Source of the DNA: an uncultured Acidobacteriota bacterium
GTDB lineage: Bacteria > Acidobacteriota > UBA4820 > DSQY01
Direction: 5' to 3'
Length of the DNA stretch: 64,000 bases
Assembly: GCA_963772255.1 (NCBI GenBank)
Contig: CAVYWK010000021.1
Coordinates: 211,462 to 275,461 of the forward strand
How positions within the stretch are numbered: the stretch's first letter is position 1; each line of letters opens with the position of its first letter. A program made the translations under genes and the position numbers. Positions 54,500 through 64,000 of the stretch are shown here, one piece after another. The notes below the pieces were generated by a model that was given only the letters and a program-made list of their open reading frames with translations, did not search any database and was not told the origin of the DNA.

Positions 54500-55195
54500 T
54501 CAATGTATCGCCTCGGGTTCCAGCTTGGGCTTACGGACTCGCGTGGCGGCCGCGATGTACACCGCTGCCAGGATGCTGAAAATGTAAGCCTGCACCATTC
54601 CGGTGAGCAGGCCGAGCGTCGTCATAAAGATCGGAAAGATGAAGGGCGTAATCGTGAGCAGGATGGCGACAATCATCGCCCCGCTCATCATGTTGCCGAA
54701 CAGACGGACGGCCAGGGCCAGTGTGCGCGAAAGTTCACTAATAATGTTAAACGGCAGCATGATGAATGTCGGCTTCGTATAGGACTTGAGGTACTCGCCC
54801 AGCCCTTGCTCCTCGATGCCGAAGAACGGCACGGCCACAAACACGGACAGCGCGAGCGCCGCCGTGGTCGAAAGCGAGGCAGTCGGCGGCTGGAAGCCGG
54901 GAATGACGGTGCAAAGGCCGGCTGTCGCGACAAACAGGAAGAGCGTTCCCAGAAAGCCGAGATATTTCTGCGGCTGACTCAGGCCTACCTCTTGAATTTG
55001 TTTCTCGATGCCAGTGACAACGATTTCCAGAAGGTTCTGCCAGCGGGAACGCTCAAGACCTGTGGAAAGCTTGCGTGTAATGAGTCTTGAACCGACGGCG
55101 AGCAGGAGCATCAGCGCCCACGTGAACACAATGGTGCCGTTGAGTTTCAGAAACCCGTGTTGCCAGAAGATAATCTGATCGGGACTAAGGTGCAT
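54500..55195 (-). CDS. atpB: N-type ATPase a subunit
   Basis: PPTASL, SRTLALAVRLFGN, QAYIF. Confidence 0.93.
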   Translation of the reverse strand: MHLSPDQIIFWQHGFLKLNGTIVFTWALMLLLAVGSRLITRKLSTGLERSRWQNLLEIVVTGIEKQIQEVGLSQPQKYLGFLGTLFLFVATAGLCTVIPGFQPPTASLSTTAALALSVFVAVPFFGIEEQGLGEYLKSYTKPTFIMLPFNIISELSRTLALAVRLFGNMMSGAMIVAILLTITPFIFPIFMTTLGLLTGMVQAYIFSILAAVYIAAATRVRKPKLEPEAIH

Positions 55196-55496
55196 GGCTC
55201 ACCTTCTGTGCTAAGTAAGCCGGCTTTTCCCCCGATTGGGTGAGCCGCGTCACGATAAGGCGCGCGACGACAAATCCAATGAGGCACACGATCAGCCTCT
55301 GCCAATGACCGCGCGCGATAAAATAAAAACCAGCCAGGGCTATGCTCGTTCGCACCAACAGGCTGCCGACAAACCAAAGCGCGGGCCGTTTGGACGAAAC
55401 GCCCTTCTGAACCGTCCACCAAAGGCCGCCGAAGAACATCGCGCCGAGCAAGAGGCCCGTCACCAAAGCCACCATCAGACGGAAAGTTTCATTCAT
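55185..55496 (-). CDS. atpR: N-ATPase AtpR subunit
   Basis: GAMFFGGLWWTV, SLLVR, GFVVAR; position in the operon. Confidence 0.85.
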   Translation of the reverse strand: MNETFRLMVALVTGLLLGAMFFGGLWWTVQKGVSSKRPALWFVGSLLVRTSIALAGFYFIARGHWQRLIVCLIGFVVARLIVTRLTQSGEKPAYLAQKVSHAP

Positions 55497-55816
55497 CTTT
55501 ATCCTCCGGTTCCTCTCCTATTTCCTTGTTTTCCTTGGTGACCCAATGCCAGGCATTCAAACAGCCGATGGCCAGGCCGATGACCAGCAGCATCAGTGTC
55601 CAGGAATGGCTTCCTGGGTGGTGTTTGTCCAGCCAGATGCCAAGCGCCACGCCGGCCAGCGTCGGAACCACCACCGACCAGCCGATAAGCCCCGTCATGC
55701 CCAAGCCGAACCAAACGCCCTGCTTGGAGTTACGCGCCCTGAGCTTGCGTGCCGCCTTCTCGCCGATCTCCCTGCTGAACGCGGTCGGGTCTTTCGCGCT
55801 CCTGATTTCCGGTGTC

Positions 55817-55824
<8 letters not shown>
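55489..55824 (-). CDS. atpQ: N-ATPase AtpQ (AtpZ/AtpI-like)
   Basis: GLIGWSVVVP, GIWLD, GCLNAWHW. Confidence 0.85.
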
Positions 55825-60214
<4,390 letters not shown>

Positions 60215-60231
60215 GATTCAATTCTCCTTTT

Positions 60232-61423
60232 TCAGCCAAGGCCGAGAACGCGGCAAACCGTCTTGGCGATCATGCGTTCTTCGTCCGTGCGAATGACGCG
60301 GACCGCAACCCGGCTGGCCGCCGCGGAAATCACGCCCTCATTCGCCGCGTTTCGCTTTTCTTCGAGTTCGATTCCAAGGAATCCCAGCCCATCGCAAATC
60401 CGGGCGCGGACTGCGGGCGCGTTCTCTCCGATGCCGCCAGCGAACACCAGCGTGTCCAGTCCGCCCAACGCCGCCGCGAATGCGCCGATCCATTTCTTGA
60501 CCTGGTAGCAAAACAGCGCGACCGCTTCGGCCGCCCGCACGTCCTGCGTTTCACGGTCGAGCAAGTCACGCATGTCGGAACTGGTCTCGGATATGCCGAG
60601 CAGCCCGGACTGGAAATTGACCATCTCGTTGAATTGCTTCGCGCTCATTTTTTCAGTGCGCGCCAGATACCAAACCAGTCCGGGATCGAGATCGCCTGAG
60701 CGGGTGCTCATCGGCACCCCGGCTGTCGGGGTGAAACTCATGCTTGTGTCCACGGATTTGCCGTCACGCACCGCCGCCAGACTCGCGCCATTGCCGAGGT
60801 GGGCGAGGATGACCCGGCCGTTGTGCCGCCGGGTCGCCGAGGCGCGCCAGTTCTCCCATGAGAAACGCATACGACAACCCGTGAAACCCGTACCGCCGCA
60901 CGCCCTGCGCTTCGTAGCGGCGCGGGATCGGCAACAACTGCGCCACGCGCGGCAGGTCATGGTGAAAAGCCGTGTCGAAACACGCCACTTGGGGCAGGTC
61001 AGGAAATCGGCGATGAAACGCCTCGGTCAACAGGATCTCCTCCGGCAGATGCTCAGGATCGAATGGACTGAGCCGGTGCAACTCCTCAACCATTTCCGCA
61101 GTGATTCGCTGCGGCTTGCTATACTTCGGCCCGCCATGCACCACGCGATGCCCCACCGCGGTCAATGCATCACGCCCGCTGCGTTCCTCGATCCAATCCA
61201 TCAGAGCGCCCACCGCCACCGTGTGATCCGGCGCCGTCACTGACCGCGAAAAGTTGTCCGCCTGGTTCAAACCCTTCACCCGCAAGGTGGCCTCCGGCAG
61301 TCCAATCCGCTCAATCCCGCCCTCCAGAATCCGTCGGAGCGAGTCACCGGCCTCGAACAGCGCGAACTTGATGCTCGACGAGCCGCCATTGATCGTCAGG
61401 ATGCGTGGGTTAGCTGGTTTCAT
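60232..61423 (-). CDS. ackA: Acetate/propionate kinase (frameshift near 60830)
   Basis: [44 protein letters not shown]. Confidence 0.93.
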
Positions 61424-62057
61424 GGATGACTCTTTCGTCATTCTGCAATCCGAACGAAGCCAGTTTCGCGCACGTGGACTTGTAATCCGTGTGAAGAATG
61501 CTTCGAATCCCCAAACCTTCCGCGATCTGGACGAACATCGGGGTGTTTTCGATATAGACTACCTGCCGGGCTGGCGCCTGGGCGATGTCCAGCGCAAGCC
61601 GAAAGATGTCCGCGTCGGGCTTGCGGACGTGGACGAAGCAGGAGGAAATAAAAGAATCCACAAACCTGTCCAGCTTGAACTTTCGAATCCGATACACATT
61701 CAGTTCGCGCGCTTCGTTGCTGACCACGGCGATCTTCAGCCCGTGCCGGACCTTGAGCTGAGCGACCAGCTCGATCATCTCGGGGTAAGGTTTCGATTGC
61801 GCGAACATGAAGCGCCGAAACTGAGCCCGGGTGAACGGTCGCTTTTGGTAGAAGACCACCCGGCCTAAATATTCTTCCAGCGTGAGCTTTCCCTCCTCGT
61901 AGGTGTCGAAGGTCAGGTGATGCCGATCCTCCATCTCGGCCAACTCCAGCTTGAAGTTCGTCGCCGCCCGTTTGCGGGCATGATGATCCCACCCGTCGGT
62001 GAGCAGGACACCGCCGATATCCAGAAACAACGTCGTGATCGGGATCGCTCTTTTCAT
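61410..62057 (-). CDS. HAD-family phosphatase
   Basis: FLDIGGVL, SN, RKPD; GGAGG SD. An alternative start at 62102 is coupled to glgX. Confidence 0.85.
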   Translation of the reverse strand: MKRAIPITTLFLDIGGVLLTDGWDHHARKRAATNFKLELAEMEDRHHLTFDTYEEGKLTLEEYLGRVVFYQKRPFTRAQFRRFMFAQSKPYPEMIELVAQLKVRHGLKIAVVSNEARELNVYRIRKFKLDRFVDSFISSCFVHVRKPDADIFRLALDIAQAPARQVVYIENTPMFVQIAEGLGIRSILHTDYKSTCAKLASFGLQNDERVIHETS

Positions 62058-62098
62058 TTGGCCTCCGTCAACGCCGTCTGCCACCTTTGACAGTTCGT

Positions 62099-64000
<1,902 letters not shown>

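Overview
High-GC bacterial DNA with many single-base frameshifts in otherwise intact, conserved genes, most simply explained as uncorrected long-read errors. The window has two parts. (1) Bases 1 to ~51290 look chromosomal: a kdp operon with three small membrane peptides and KdpE-type boxes; trpB2 under a Trp leader-peptide attenuator; a beta-propeller kinase/REC/HD-GYP cluster; tetR-tolC-emrA, whose emrB partner sits 18.5 kb away at the window start; a eukaryote-type citrate synthase; tamBA; nth; bcp; an ECF sigma locus; polA; ccsA-hemA-hemC-hemD; and the 3' end of mnmA. (2) From ~51291 to 64000 the sequence is visibly less GC-rich and holds one minus-strand gene run, glgX-HAD-ackA-xfp followed by an N-type ATPase operon (atpDC-Q-R-BEFAG). 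The two parts meet at an abrupt atpG/mnmA fusion. The most notable structures are: two different cargoes stacked between duplicated gltA and tamA 3' ends; an 8-bp direct repeat bracketing the 18.5 kb that splits emrA from emrB; the glycogen/phosphoketolase/acetate kinase/N-ATPase module with repetitive Pro-Glu-Ala-Lys tails; and the trpB2 attenuator. No rRNA, tRNA, CRISPR array, integrase or transposase was recognised. All calls come from reading motifs by eye; no database searches were run.
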